Assembly: GCA_963546405.1 (NCBI GenBank)
Contig: CAUUNL010000001.1
Coordinates: 19,261 to 83,260 of the forward strand
Origin: Abiotrophia defectiva
GTDB lineage: Bacteria; Bacillota; Bacilli; Lactobacillales; Aerococcaceae
Reading direction: 5' to 3'
Length of the DNA: 64,000 nt
Positions within the stretch are counted from its first letter, which is position 1. The number at the start of each line of letters is the position of its first letter. The position numbers and the translations under genes were made by a program. Of the stretch, positions 30,538 to 39,236 are shown one piece after another. The notes under the pieces were generated by a model that worked only from the letters and a program-made list of their open reading frames with translations, was not told the origin of the DNA and made no database searches.

Positions 30538-31324
30538 GTTTGTAAGCTCCCTGTGGGGGCAGTCTCAAAACTTGACTTGGCAAGAAGAAATTCAAGCCTC
30601 TGGAGAGACTTACCGACATGAAAACAAGTATCTGATTTCCCATCATGATCAAGATAGTTTGCGACGACGTCTGTCGCCTGTTTTGGCCTTGGACAAGCAT
30701 GTTAAGGGCGACGGCTATACTATTCGCAGTCTCTATTTTGATGATTACTGGCAATCTGCCTATGAAGAAAAAGATGCCGGGGTTCTGATGCGGAAGAAGT
30801 ATCGGATTCGTATCTATAACTTTCAGGACCACTATATTCGGCTTGAACGTAAGAAGAAATTCGGTGCCTATATCTATAAGGAAAGTGCGCCTCTGACGCG
30901 GGCTCAGGTAGAGGATATCTTGCTGGGTCACTATGACTTTCTTAAGCATAGCCCGCATTCTCTGGTGCGTGAGTTCTATATCGAATGTGTGACCAATATG
31001 ATGCGACCGCGTGTCATTGTGGACTACGAACGAGAGCCTTGGATTCTAGATGCCGGGACAGTGCGGGTTACCTTCGATACAGACGTGCGTGCGGCGGTTG
31101 GTTCCTTTGATATTTTTGACGCTAAGTTGCCTACCTTGCCAGTCTTACCGCCTGATAAGTTGATTTTAGAAGTCAAATATACTGAACTTATGCCGCAAGT
31201 CGTGCGTCAGTTAGTGCCGACTGGGGCCTTGGAGTATACGGCAGTCTCTAAATATGTGCTCTGCTATGAAAAGACAGCCTATAAACATGGCTTCAATTAT
31301 TGGTTCGACCATGAGTATTTCTAA
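30527..31324 (+). CDS. VTC / polyphosphate polymerase (CYTH-like) domain protein
   Basis: RHENKY, IRSLYFD, KYRIRIY, RVTFD, ILEVKY, SKY motifs; start chosen from GTGAGG RBS. Confidence 0.88.
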   Translation: MKNKFVSSLWGQSQNLTWQEEIQASGETYRHENKYLISHHDQDSLRRRLSPVLALDKHVKGDGYTIRSLYFDDYWQSAYEEKDAGVLMRKKYRIRIYNFQDHYIRLERKKKFGAYIYKESAPLTRAQVEDILLGHYDFLKHSPHSLVREFYIECVTNMMRPRVIVDYEREPWILDAGTVRVTFDTDVRAAVGSFDIFDAKLPTLPVLPPDKLILEVKYTELMPQVVRQLVPTGALEYTAVSKYVLCYEKTAYKHGFNYWFDHEYF

Positions 31325-31349
31325 TCTGGTCGATGAAGGAGGGGTTTGA

Positions 31350-32033
31350 ATGAATACTAGCGTCCAAGACGTTATTAAACGTTCATTTATCGAAACGCAG
31401 CGTTTTGCTGCTGAAAACTTGCCCAAGCTGATTGGCTCGCTCTTGCTGGCCTTCGTCATGGGCTGCATTATCTACTTTGTCTATCGTCGCTTTTATACTG
31501 GCGTAGTTTTCTCGCGTAGCTTTGCGGTGACACTAGTTGGGATGACGGTTCTGACTTGTATGGTGACTCTAGCTATTTCGACCAACGTGGTCATTTCCTT
31601 AGGGATGGTCGGGGCCCTGTCCATTGTACGTTATCGGACAGCAGTTAAGGACCCCATGGACTTGCTCTATCTCTTTTGGGCTATTACCTCGGGGATTACG
31701 CTAGGGGCTGGTATGTTTGTGCTGTCGGTCTGTGCAGCCTTGATTGTGATTCTCATGATTGTGGTTTTCTATTTCCGTCAGGAAACGGGTAAGGTCTACA
31801 TTGCAGTCATTCACTACAAAGGCCTAGAAACAGGGGATGCCATTGTGCAAGCCTTTGGTAAGATGAAATTCTTCATCAAGTCTCGCACCATGCGCAAAGA
31901 CGGCAGTATCGAAGCCGCTATTGAGGTCTTCTGTAAGTCACAAAATGACTTCCTCTTTATGGAAAAAATTCAAGCCCTTGAGGACGTGGAAGATATAACC
32001 TTAATTCAGTACAATGGCGAGTATCATGGCTAG
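31350..32033 (+). CDS. DUF4956-family membrane protein
   Basis: SLGMVGALSIVRYRTAVKDP signature; usual partner of VTC genes. Confidence 0.85.
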   Translation: MNTSVQDVIKRSFIETQRFAAENLPKLIGSLLLAFVMGCIIYFVYRRFYTGVVFSRSFAVTLVGMTVLTCMVTLAISTNVVISLGMVGALSIVRYRTAVKDPMDLLYLFWAITSGITLGAGMFVLSVCAALIVILMIVVFYFRQETGKVYIAVIHYKGLETGDAIVQAFGKMKFFIKSRTMRKDGSIEAAIEVFCKSQNDFLFMEKIQALEDVEDITLIQYNGEYHG

Positions 32034-32069
32034 TCGCTTAAAAGCTAGCTAGCAACTAGGAGGGAGCAT

Positions 32070-33446
32070 ATGCGACAACATTTTCTAAGCTGGGTGGCCA
32101 TAGTGTCTTTGCTAGTGGTCAGTCTGGCCCAAACCAGTCGAGTGAATGCCCAAGACCAAGTTTTGCGTGAGGCTAGCTTTGACTGGCAGGATCCTGAATC
32201 AGGCAATCCCCTCATGGGCTATGCCCTCCAGGCTGAAAAATCCCAAGTCGATGCTGATGTGCAGCTCCTCTATGTGGATGTGACCTGGAAGGAGTTGGAA
32301 CCAGAGGAAGGCAAGTTTGATTTTGAGGCCATTGAGAAGGCCAACCAGTTTGACCGTTGGCGCAAAGAAGGCAAGCATCTGGTTTTGCGCTTTGTACTGG
32401 ATATGCCTGGCCAAGACCGCCATCAGGATATTCCAGATTGGCTCTACCAACGTATTAAGGGCGCCGGTGACTGGTATCAAACCGATTATGGCCAAGGCTT
32501 TTCGCCAGACTATAGTCAAGAGGCCCTGATTAAAGCCCATGAAAAGGCGGTGGCTGCCATGGGCCAGCGTTGGGGGCAGGATGGCTTTGTCTCCTTCATT
32601 GAGTTGGGCAGTGTCGGCCACTGGGGCGAGTGGCATGTCAACTATGAGAAGGGACTCAAAAGATTACCGTCTGAAGACATTCTGGAAGGTTACGTCGCGC
32701 CTTGGCGCACGGCCTTTCCTAAGACCCAGATTCTCATGCGCCGGCCTTTTAAATGGGGTCAGACCTACCAATTGGGGCTCTATAACGACATGGTCGGGGA
32801 AGCCCTCAATACCAGCCAGTGGCTTGACTGGATTAGACGTGGGGGCGTCTATGATCAGACTCAAAACAAGAGCTTGCTTGCCATGCCACAGGCTTGGAAG
32901 ACGGTTGCCATTGGCGGCGAAATGACTAGCGCCCATTCCATGGAAGCCCTGATGGGGTCACGACTCCAGGAAGTCTTGCAGCATGTTAAAGCCTCACATA
33001 TGAGCTTTATTGGGCCAAAGGCGCCTAAAGCTGATTTAGGTCAGGCAGCCTATAAGCAAATTCTGAGTCAACTTGGTTATCAAATCTATGTCTCTCAGGC
33101 TCAGTTAGAGCAAAAAGGGCAAGTGCAGACTATGACCTTGACCTTTGAAAATAAAGGAGCAGCGCCTTTCTACTATGACTGGCCGCTATACCTCTATCTT
33201 CAAGATGGCCAGGGAAAAGAAATTAAAAAGATTGAAGTGCCGCTGACCTTGTCGCAGCTAGTGCCCGGGCGCCAAGAAACGGTGAGTGTGCTCTTAAATC
33301 TCTCGGCTCAAGAAAGTCCTCAGGTAGGACATTATCAATACAGTCTAGGAATTGTGGATCCTATGACCGGCAAGGATGCCCTGCGTCTGGCTATGCCAGG
33401 CTATGATGCCCAAGCAGGTCGGACGGTCCTTTTCCCTGCCCAATAG
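32070..33446 (+). CDS. Secreted putative glycoside hydrolase (DUF4832-type)
   Basis: Signal peptide; TWKELEPEEGKFDF, GSVGHWGEWH, IGGE, LGY...NKGAAPFYYDW. Confidence 0.75.
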   Translation: MRQHFLSWVAIVSLLVVSLAQTSRVNAQDQVLREASFDWQDPESGNPLMGYALQAEKSQVDADVQLLYVDVTWKELEPEEGKFDFEAIEKANQFDRWRKEGKHLVLRFVLDMPGQDRHQDIPDWLYQRIKGAGDWYQTDYGQGFSPDYSQEALIKAHEKAVAAMGQRWGQDGFVSFIELGSVGHWGEWHVNYEKGLKRLPSEDILEGYVAPWRTAFPKTQILMRRPFKWGQTYQLGLYNDMVGEALNTSQWLDWIRRGGVYDQTQNKSLLAMPQAWKTVAIGGEMTSAHSMEALMGSRLQEVLQHVKASHMSFIGPKAPKADLGQAAYKQILSQLGYQIYVSQAQLEQKGQVQTMTLTFENKGAAPFYYDWPLYLYLQDGQGKEIKKIEVPLTLSQLVPGRQETVSVLLNLSAQESPQVGHYQYSLGIVDPMTGKDALRLAMPGYDAQAGRTVLFPAQ

Positions 33447-33526
33447 GATCAAGCAAGTCGCTTGGCTGCGACGGAGGCCTGAGCTATAATAGAGGGGAAT
33501 TTGCCAGACTATCAGGAGGAAACGTC

Positions 33527-34159
33527 ATGTCAGCCAAGATTACCATGCCCTTGGACAAAGCCAGGGTGATTGTCAAGAGAATCCAAGCCCTATATCCGGA
33601 TGCCCATTGCGAACTCATCCATGACAATGTCTTTCAATTATTGATTGCGGTCATGTTGAGTGCCCAAGCCACCGACGTCTCAGTCAATAAGGTGACACCG
33701 GCCTTGTTTGAACGCTTTCCCACACCAGAAGCCTTCTTGCAAGCTTCACCTAAGGAAATAGAGCCCTATATCCAAACCATTGGCTTATATCGCAATAAGG
33801 CCAAGTTTATCTATCAATGCTGCGAGCAGTTGATGCAGCGCTATGGTGGGGAAGTGCCTAGAACCCGCAAGGAGCTCATGGCCTTGGCTGGGGTTGGGCG
33901 TAAGACTGCTAATGTGGTCTTGGCTGTAGGTTTTGGCATTCCGGCCTTGGCGGTAGATACCCATGTGGATCGGGTGGCCAAACGTTTAGGTTTTGTGCCA
34001 GCCAATGCCACGCCTTTGGAGGTAGAAGAAGCTTTGATGGAAATTATCCCCAAGGAAGATTGGGCTCAGGCTCACCATGCTATTCTCTTTTTTGGTCGCT
34101 ACTACAGTACCGCTAAAAATCCTAAGCCTATAGACTTTCTCTTTGAAGGCTTAGAATAA
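33527..34159 (+). CDS. nth: Endonuclease III (no C-terminal Fe-S cysteines)
   Basis: LLIAVMLSAQATD, IGLYRNKAK, LAGVGRKTANVV, AVDTHV. Confidence 0.95.
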   Translation: MSAKITMPLDKARVIVKRIQALYPDAHCELIHDNVFQLLIAVMLSAQATDVSVNKVTPALFERFPTPEAFLQASPKEIEPYIQTIGLYRNKAKFIYQCCEQLMQRYGGEVPRTRKELMALAGVGRKTANVVLAVGFGIPALAVDTHVDRVAKRLGFVPANATPLEVEEALMEIIPKEDWAQAHHAILFFGRYYSTAKNPKPIDFLFEGLE

Positions 34160-34174
34160 TGAATGAAATAAGTC

Positions 34175-34218
34175 AAGACCCTGGCAGTTGGAGTACCTTC
34201 CAATTGCCAGGGTCTTTT
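34175..34218. terminator. Terminator between convergent nth and plsC
   Basis: AAGACCCTGGCAGTTGGA/TCCAATTGCCAGGGTCTT. Confidence 0.8.
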
Positions 34219-34228
34219 GGGTAAAAAA

Positions 34229-34262
34229 ACTCCCATTATATCATATATGATATAATGGGAGT
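34229..34262. repeat. Perfect 34-bp palindrome ACTCCCATTATATCATATATGATATAATGGGAGT
   Basis: Self-complementary with no loop; related copy at 56700-56725. Confidence 0.9.
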
Positions 34263-34270
34263 GGATATGC

Positions 34271-34894
34271 TTATTTTTTGCGTGGTTGGTAGTGATAGTT
34301 AGGATCTAGTTGATGGTCTAATTTGGCGAATTCTTCAGCCAATTGGGCATCAATTTGAGCTAACTTGTCCTTGTCGTACTTGACACCTTCTTGGTAAGGA
34401 ATTGGGGCACCAAAGGCAATTTTACAACGACGGCGCAAGAAGAATTGCTTGAAGCCGATAGGTGGTTGGATGGCACAAGGCACGATGGCTTGTTTGCTGA
34501 GTTTTTGGATGAAGGCTGTCCCGCCCTTAATCTCAGTAGTATGACGAGAGCCTGAAGGGAAGATCCCTAGAATCTTGCCATCTTCATTCATAATTTTAAC
34601 CGCATGCTTGATGGTGCTGGTTGAGGGTTTGTCGCGATTGACAGGGAAGACATTAACCTTGCGGAAGAGCCAGCCTAGTGGCTTGAACTTGAAGAGACTT
34701 TCCTTGGCCATAAAGGCAATCTGATGAGGATAGGTCTCGAAGGCAACAAACAAGGGGTCAGTCAAAGACCGGTGGGTTGCGGCAATAATATAGGGTTGAT
34801 CCTTAGGTAGATTCTCTAAGCCTTGGACCACTTCACGGCCATTGATTAGGCGGAAAATGAAGCGGATAAAAGTTAATAAGAAATTATATAGCAT
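34271..34894 (-). CDS. plsC: 1-acyl-sn-glycerol-3-phosphate acyltransferase
   Basis: HRSLTD, FMAKESLF, FPVNR, IFPSGSR; GAAGGAG RBS before ATG 34894. Confidence 0.92.
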   Translation of the reverse strand: MLYNFLLTFIRFIFRLINGREVVQGLENLPKDQPYIIAATHRSLTDPLFVAFETYPHQIAFMAKESLFKFKPLGWLFRKVNVFPVNRDKPSTSTIKHAVKIMNEDGKILGIFPSGSRHTTEIKGGTAFIQKLSKQAIVPCAIQPPIGFKQFFLRRRCKIAFGAPIPYQEGVKYDKDKLAQIDAQLAEEFAKLDHQLDPNYHYQPRKK

Positions 34895-34973
34895 AAGTAG
34901 CTCCTTCACTCAATATATGTTACTATCATCATATCAAGTCATGGAGCGAAACTCAAGTGAGGAAGTGAGTGAG

Positions 34974-35762
34974 ATGAAAAAATACCCTCTAGTTTTGGGG
35001 CTCTTGGCCCTAATTTCTCTAGGTGCATCTAATCAGCTAGTGCAGGCAGCCCCCCAGGCTGACTATGAAGTACTAGCTCAATATGAGCGAGAAGACCGCT
35101 GGTTTACCCAAGGCTTGGAAGTAAGCCCTGAAGGCCAATTGCTTATGTCGACAGGTCAATACGGCGATTCTGTTGTAGGTGTCTTGAATTTGGAGACAGG
35201 TCAGCTAGAAGTTAAGGATCGACTTGACCGCCAAGTCTTTGGTGAGGGGCTAACCCAGACGCCGGATGCAGTCTGGCAGATTACCTACAAAGAGGGTCTA
35301 GCCTACAAGCGAGACCCTAAGACCCTGACCATTTTGGAGACCTTCCACTATGAAGGGGAAGGTTGGGGCCTGGCCTATGATGCTAGCCGCGACAGTCTCT
35401 GGATGACCAATGGCTCTACAAAATTGCAGGAACGGGATGCTAAAAACTTTGAGCTCAAGCGCGAGGTGACTGTGACGTATCAGGGCAAACCCATTAAATG
35501 GCTCAATGAATTAGAATTCGTCTATGGCAAGCTCTATGGCAATATTTGGCAGAGTCCTTTTATAGTGAAATTGGACCCTGAGACAGGCGCCATTGAGAGC
35601 CAGTATGACTTCACTGCGCTGATTAAGGAACATAAGTTAGAAGCTCAGTTGACACCTGGGGGTAAGCCTGATGTGCTCAATGGCATCGCCCATATTGAAG
35701 GGGACCGCTTCTATTTGACGGGTAAGTACTATCCCTATGTTTTTGAAGTACGCTTAAAGTAA
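34974..35762 (+). CDS. Secreted glutaminyl-peptide cyclotransferase (glutamine cyclotransferase)
   Basis: Signal peptide; FTQGL, STGQYG, FGEGL, EGWGL, LNELE, VLNGIA, TGK motifs. Confidence 0.9.
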   Translation: MKKYPLVLGLLALISLGASNQLVQAAPQADYEVLAQYEREDRWFTQGLEVSPEGQLLMSTGQYGDSVVGVLNLETGQLEVKDRLDRQVFGEGLTQTPDAVWQITYKEGLAYKRDPKTLTILETFHYEGEGWGLAYDASRDSLWMTNGSTKLQERDAKNFELKREVTVTYQGKPIKWLNELEFVYGKLYGNIWQSPFIVKLDPETGAIESQYDFTALIKEHKLEAQLTPGGKPDVLNGIAHIEGDRFYLTGKYYPYVFEVRLK

Positions 35763-35773
35763 GGAGGCTGCCT

Positions 35774-36349
35774 ATGACCAACGTGACAGATTTAAAAGCT
35801 AGCCTGCGGCAAGCTACCCTAGCAGCCCTTAAGTCCATGCCTGCTACTAGTCGCCAGCAATTAACGGATGATTTATGGCAACAATTTTTGGCTTTATTGG
35901 CGGACGAAGGCTATCAGCGTATTGGCCTCTATTATGGCGTGGGAGAAGAAGTGCCAACGGCCAAGTGGCTAGACCCTTTGGTAGACTTAGGCTATCAAGT
36001 TTTCTTGCCGCGCATGATGCCTCAGCGAGCCTTGGATTTCTGTTTGTATCAGGGACAGGAGAGTTTGGAACAAGTTTTTCGTGGCATCTACCAACCTAGT
36101 CAGGCGGAGCCAGCAGTGGATCTAGCTAGCTTAGATCTCTTGGTGGTGCCGGGTCTAGCCTTCCGGGAGGATGGCCAGCGGATTGGCTTCGGTGGTGGCT
36201 ACTATGATCGCCTCTTGGCTCAGATTGAGACACCAACGCTGAGCCTGGTCTTACCATGTCAATATTATGACCAGTCGGCTTGGCAGGCAGAGGCACATGA
36301 TCAGGCAGTGGGACGTTTATTGTTAGCGCGCTCATTGAATCAGCCCTAG
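35774..36349 (+). CDS. 5-formyltetrahydrofolate cyclo-ligase
   Basis: VPGLAF...RIGFGGGYYDRLL...HD. Confidence 0.93.
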   Translation: MTNVTDLKASLRQATLAALKSMPATSRQQLTDDLWQQFLALLADEGYQRIGLYYGVGEEVPTAKWLDPLVDLGYQVFLPRMMPQRALDFCLYQGQESLEQVFRGIYQPSQAEPAVDLASLDLLVVPGLAFREDGQRIGFGGGYYDRLLAQIETPTLSLVLPCQYYDQSAWQAEAHDQAVGRLLLARSLNQP

Positions 36350-36407
36350 GCGAAAGACCAAAAATAAGGTATAATAATTGGGAACGATTTAGAGGACGGA
36401 GGGTATT

Positions 36408-37124
36408 ATGGAAATCAAACGAACTTGGCGCCGAATTCAAGGCGGCCCTTGGGTGACCTACCTCTTTTTATTGGTGTGTGTCGCTATGTTTATTGGCACC
36501 TTTGGGTTAACCCGAACTGGACTAGACTGGGGTAGCGCCTTGCTTCTACTGGGAGCTAAATATAATGTTAAGATTGTCCTTAGGAATGAATGGTGGCGAC
36601 TAGTGACGGCTGTCTTCTTGCATGCTGACTTGCAACATATCGCCTTGAACGGTGTGTCTTTCTATTTCTTAGGTCAAGAATTAGAGCCTCTGATGGGCAA
36701 ATGGCGCTTCTTGCTACTAAGTTTAGGGGCGGGGCTTGGCGGCAACATCGTCTCCTTTGCCTTTTCTAATTATAATAGTGTCTCAATCGGGGCTAGTGGG
36801 GCTGTCTTTGGACTCTTTGCTAGCTATCTGGCCTTATCTTATCTCTACCCGGATTCTTACAGTCTGAGTGCAAGAGCCCAGAACTATGCGGCCTTAATCG
36901 TGATTAACTTAGTCTTTTCCTTCCTGTCACCAGGCATTGACTTTTTTGGCCACTTGGGTGGCGCCTTCTATGGACTAGGCTTGACCTATGTCTTGCAGCT
37001 GCCACATTCTTTCCGCCGTACTTGGTGGCATCGCCTCTTGGCTCTGCTAGTCATTCTGGCTATCAGCGCCGGCCTGATTTATTTTGGAATTGTTAGATTC
37101 AATAATAGCCTTATCTATCGCTAG
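36408..37124 (+). CDS. Rhomboid intramembrane serine protease
   Basis: WWRLVTAVFLH, HIALN, GASGA, GHLGG. Confidence 0.93.
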   Translation: MEIKRTWRRIQGGPWVTYLFLLVCVAMFIGTFGLTRTGLDWGSALLLLGAKYNVKIVLRNEWWRLVTAVFLHADLQHIALNGVSFYFLGQELEPLMGKWRFLLLSLGAGLGGNIVSFAFSNYNSVSIGASGAVFGLFASYLALSYLYPDSYSLSARAQNYAALIVINLVFSFLSPGIDFFGHLGGAFYGLGLTYVLQLPHSFRRTWWHRLLALLVILAISAGLIYFGIVRFNNSLIYR

Positions 37125-37135
37125 GAGTGAGATTT

Positions 37136-38110
37136 ATGTCAAAGAAAATTTTAGGTATTGATTTAGGCGGGACATCCGTCAAGTTTGCGATTATTTCCTC
37201 AGAAGGAGAAATTCAGGAAAAATGGACCATTGGGACCAACATCCTAGAGGATGGCAAGCACATCGTGCCTTCCATTATCCAGTCCATTCAAGAACATATG
37301 GAACGCTATGGCCTTACTAAAGATGACTTCTTAGGGATTGGCATGGGCTCACCAGGTAAGGTGGATGCAGAAGCTGGGACGGTAATTGGGGCCTTCAACC
37401 TTAACTGGCGGACCTTACAACGCCTGAAAGATGCTTTCGAAGCAGCCTTGGAGATGCCTTTCTTCCTTGATAATGATGCCAACGTGGCAGCCTTAGGGGA
37501 ACAGTGGAAAGGGGCCGGTAATGGCGAAGCCAACGTGGTCATGTTTACCCTGGGAACAGGTGTTGGGGGCGGTATCGTCTCTGGCGGCCAAATGGTGCGC
37601 GGGGCTAATGGGGCGGCTGGTGAAGTCGGCCATATCACCGTTGAAACGACAGACCCAATTCCATGTACCTGCGGTAAGCCAGGTTGCTTGGAGACAGTCG
37701 CTTCAGCCACTGGTATTGTCAACCTAGCTCGTAAGTTTGCCGAAGAATACGCCGGTGACTCACCAATTAAGGCAGCCGTTGATAATGGCGACGAGCTCTC
37801 TTCTAAATTAATTTTCGACGCAGCCAAGGAGGGCGATTTCTTCGCTAACCATATTGTGGATATGTTCGCCCGCTATTTAGGTTTGGCATGTTCCCATGTG
37901 GCCAACACCCTCAACCCTTCTAAGATTGTGATAGGTGGCGGGGTATCCGCAGCTGGAACCTTCCTTTTGGACAAAATCCAAGTATTTTTCAATCAATATG
38001 TTTTCCCGCCAATTAAAGACACCACTCAGCTTGTCTTGGCAGAGTTAGGGAACGATGCTGGGGTCATCGGGGCAGCCCAATTAGTACGTCTTGCCCTAAA
38101 TAAGGACTAG
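37136..38110 (+). CDS. glcK: ROK-family glucokinase
   Basis: GIDLGGT, NDANVAALGE, TLGTGVGGG, GEVGH, CTCGKPGCLE. Confidence 0.96.
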   Translation: MSKKILGIDLGGTSVKFAIISSEGEIQEKWTIGTNILEDGKHIVPSIIQSIQEHMERYGLTKDDFLGIGMGSPGKVDAEAGTVIGAFNLNWRTLQRLKDAFEAALEMPFFLDNDANVAALGEQWKGAGNGEANVVMFTLGTGVGGGIVSGGQMVRGANGAAGEVGHITVETTDPIPCTCGKPGCLETVASATGIVNLARKFAEEYAGDSPIKAAVDNGDELSSKLIFDAAKEGDFFANHIVDMFARYLGLACSHVANTLNPSKIVIGGGVSAAGTFLLDKIQVFFNQYVFPPIKDTTQLVLAELGNDAGVIGAAQLVRLALNKD

Positions 38111-38120
38111 GAGTAGAAGC

Positions 38121-38522
38121 ATGCAAATTCTGAATTTTATTACCGTTGTTTTATTAAGTATTATTGTGATTTACACCCTCTATTATGGGATCTTGTGGGG
38201 CATGGGGCGCTATGCTGCCAAAGCCATTAAGCAGGAAGACCTGATTGCAACAGGGCGTAAGGGACAATTAATCGATGTTCGTGAAGCGGCTGAGTTTGAT
38301 GCCCGCCATATCTTAGGGGCGCGTAATATTCCAAGTTCTCAATTCAAGATGCGCTTCAAGGAAATCCGTAAGGACCAAGCAGTTTACCTAGTAGATGAGG
38401 CTTTCGGGACCGCCCAACGTGCGGCTTTCCGCCTCAAACGCAATGGCTATCAAGACATTTACATCCTTAAGGGTGGGATGACCGAGTGGACTGGTAAGGT
38501 TAAGACTGCCAAAGGAAAGTAG
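38121..38522 (+). CDS. Membrane-anchored rhodanese-like protein
   Basis: N-terminal TM; LIDVRE...HILGARNIP...LKGG. Confidence 0.88.
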   Translation: MQILNFITVVLLSIIVIYTLYYGILWGMGRYAAKAIKQEDLIATGRKGQLIDVREAAEFDARHILGARNIPSSQFKMRFKEIRKDQAVYLVDEAFGTAQRAAFRLKRNGYQDIYILKGGMTEWTGKVKTAKGK

Positions 38523-38531
38523 GCGACTAGC

Positions 38532-39161
38532 ATGCGGATTCTTTGTTTTGGTGACAGCAATACTTGGGGCCTCAACCCCCTTAATGCCAGTCGCCATCCC
38601 AAGCGTTGGACCCGTGTCTTGGCAGCTTTGCGGCCAGAGGATGAAGTTATCGAAGAAGGGCTCAATGGCCGAACAGTCAATAGCCCCGACCATAAGAATC
38701 CTGAGCGACACGGCATGACGGCCCTGCCAATGGTCATGCAATCCCATGCTCCACTGGATCAGGTGGTTATCATGCTAGGGACCAATGAGTTCAAACGTCA
38801 TTTTGGCAAATGCGCCAATCAGATTGCCTTGGGCATTGGAGAAATGATTAAATACATTCAGAATCCTGCTAACTGGGCCCATCAGAATCCACCTAAGATT
38901 TTGGTGGTATCACCTATTGTGGTGGGGCGCGGCCTTATGAATCATCCCGAATTCCTCTACCAGGAAATTGATGAGTATGGCATTATTCAGTCTGAGTACC
39001 TAGCCAATATCTTGGAAAGGATTTGTGACCAATACGGAGTAGCCTTCTTAGATGCTAAAACCGTGGCCCAACCTTCCAATATCGATTTCGTTCACATGGA
39101 CGAGGAAAATCATCAGGCTTTAGGACAAGCTATTGAAAAAAAGATTGCCTTAGGTGTATAA
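38532..39161 (+). CDS. SGNH/GDSL hydrolase
   Basis: FGDSNTWG, EEGLNGRT, MLGTN, DFVH. Confidence 0.9.
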   Translation: MRILCFGDSNTWGLNPLNASRHPKRWTRVLAALRPEDEVIEEGLNGRTVNSPDHKNPERHGMTALPMVMQSHAPLDQVVIMLGTNEFKRHFGKCANQIALGIGEMIKYIQNPANWAHQNPPKILVVSPIVVGRGLMNHPEFLYQEIDEYGIIQSEYLANILERICDQYGVAFLDAKTVAQPSNIDFVHMDEENHQALGQAIEKKIALGV

Positions 39162-39169
39162 TATTTGTG

Positions 39170-39202
39170 AGCTTTAAACGTGTCTTCGGACACGTTTAAG
39201 CT
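39170..39202 (+). other. Stable hairpin with cUUCGg loop upstream of the two-gene islet
   Basis: TTAAACGTGTC-TTCG-GACACGTTTAA; no U-tract on either strand. Confidence 0.7.
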
Positions 39203-39236
39203 ATGTTAAGAGACATATGATGGGAGAACTGTATAA

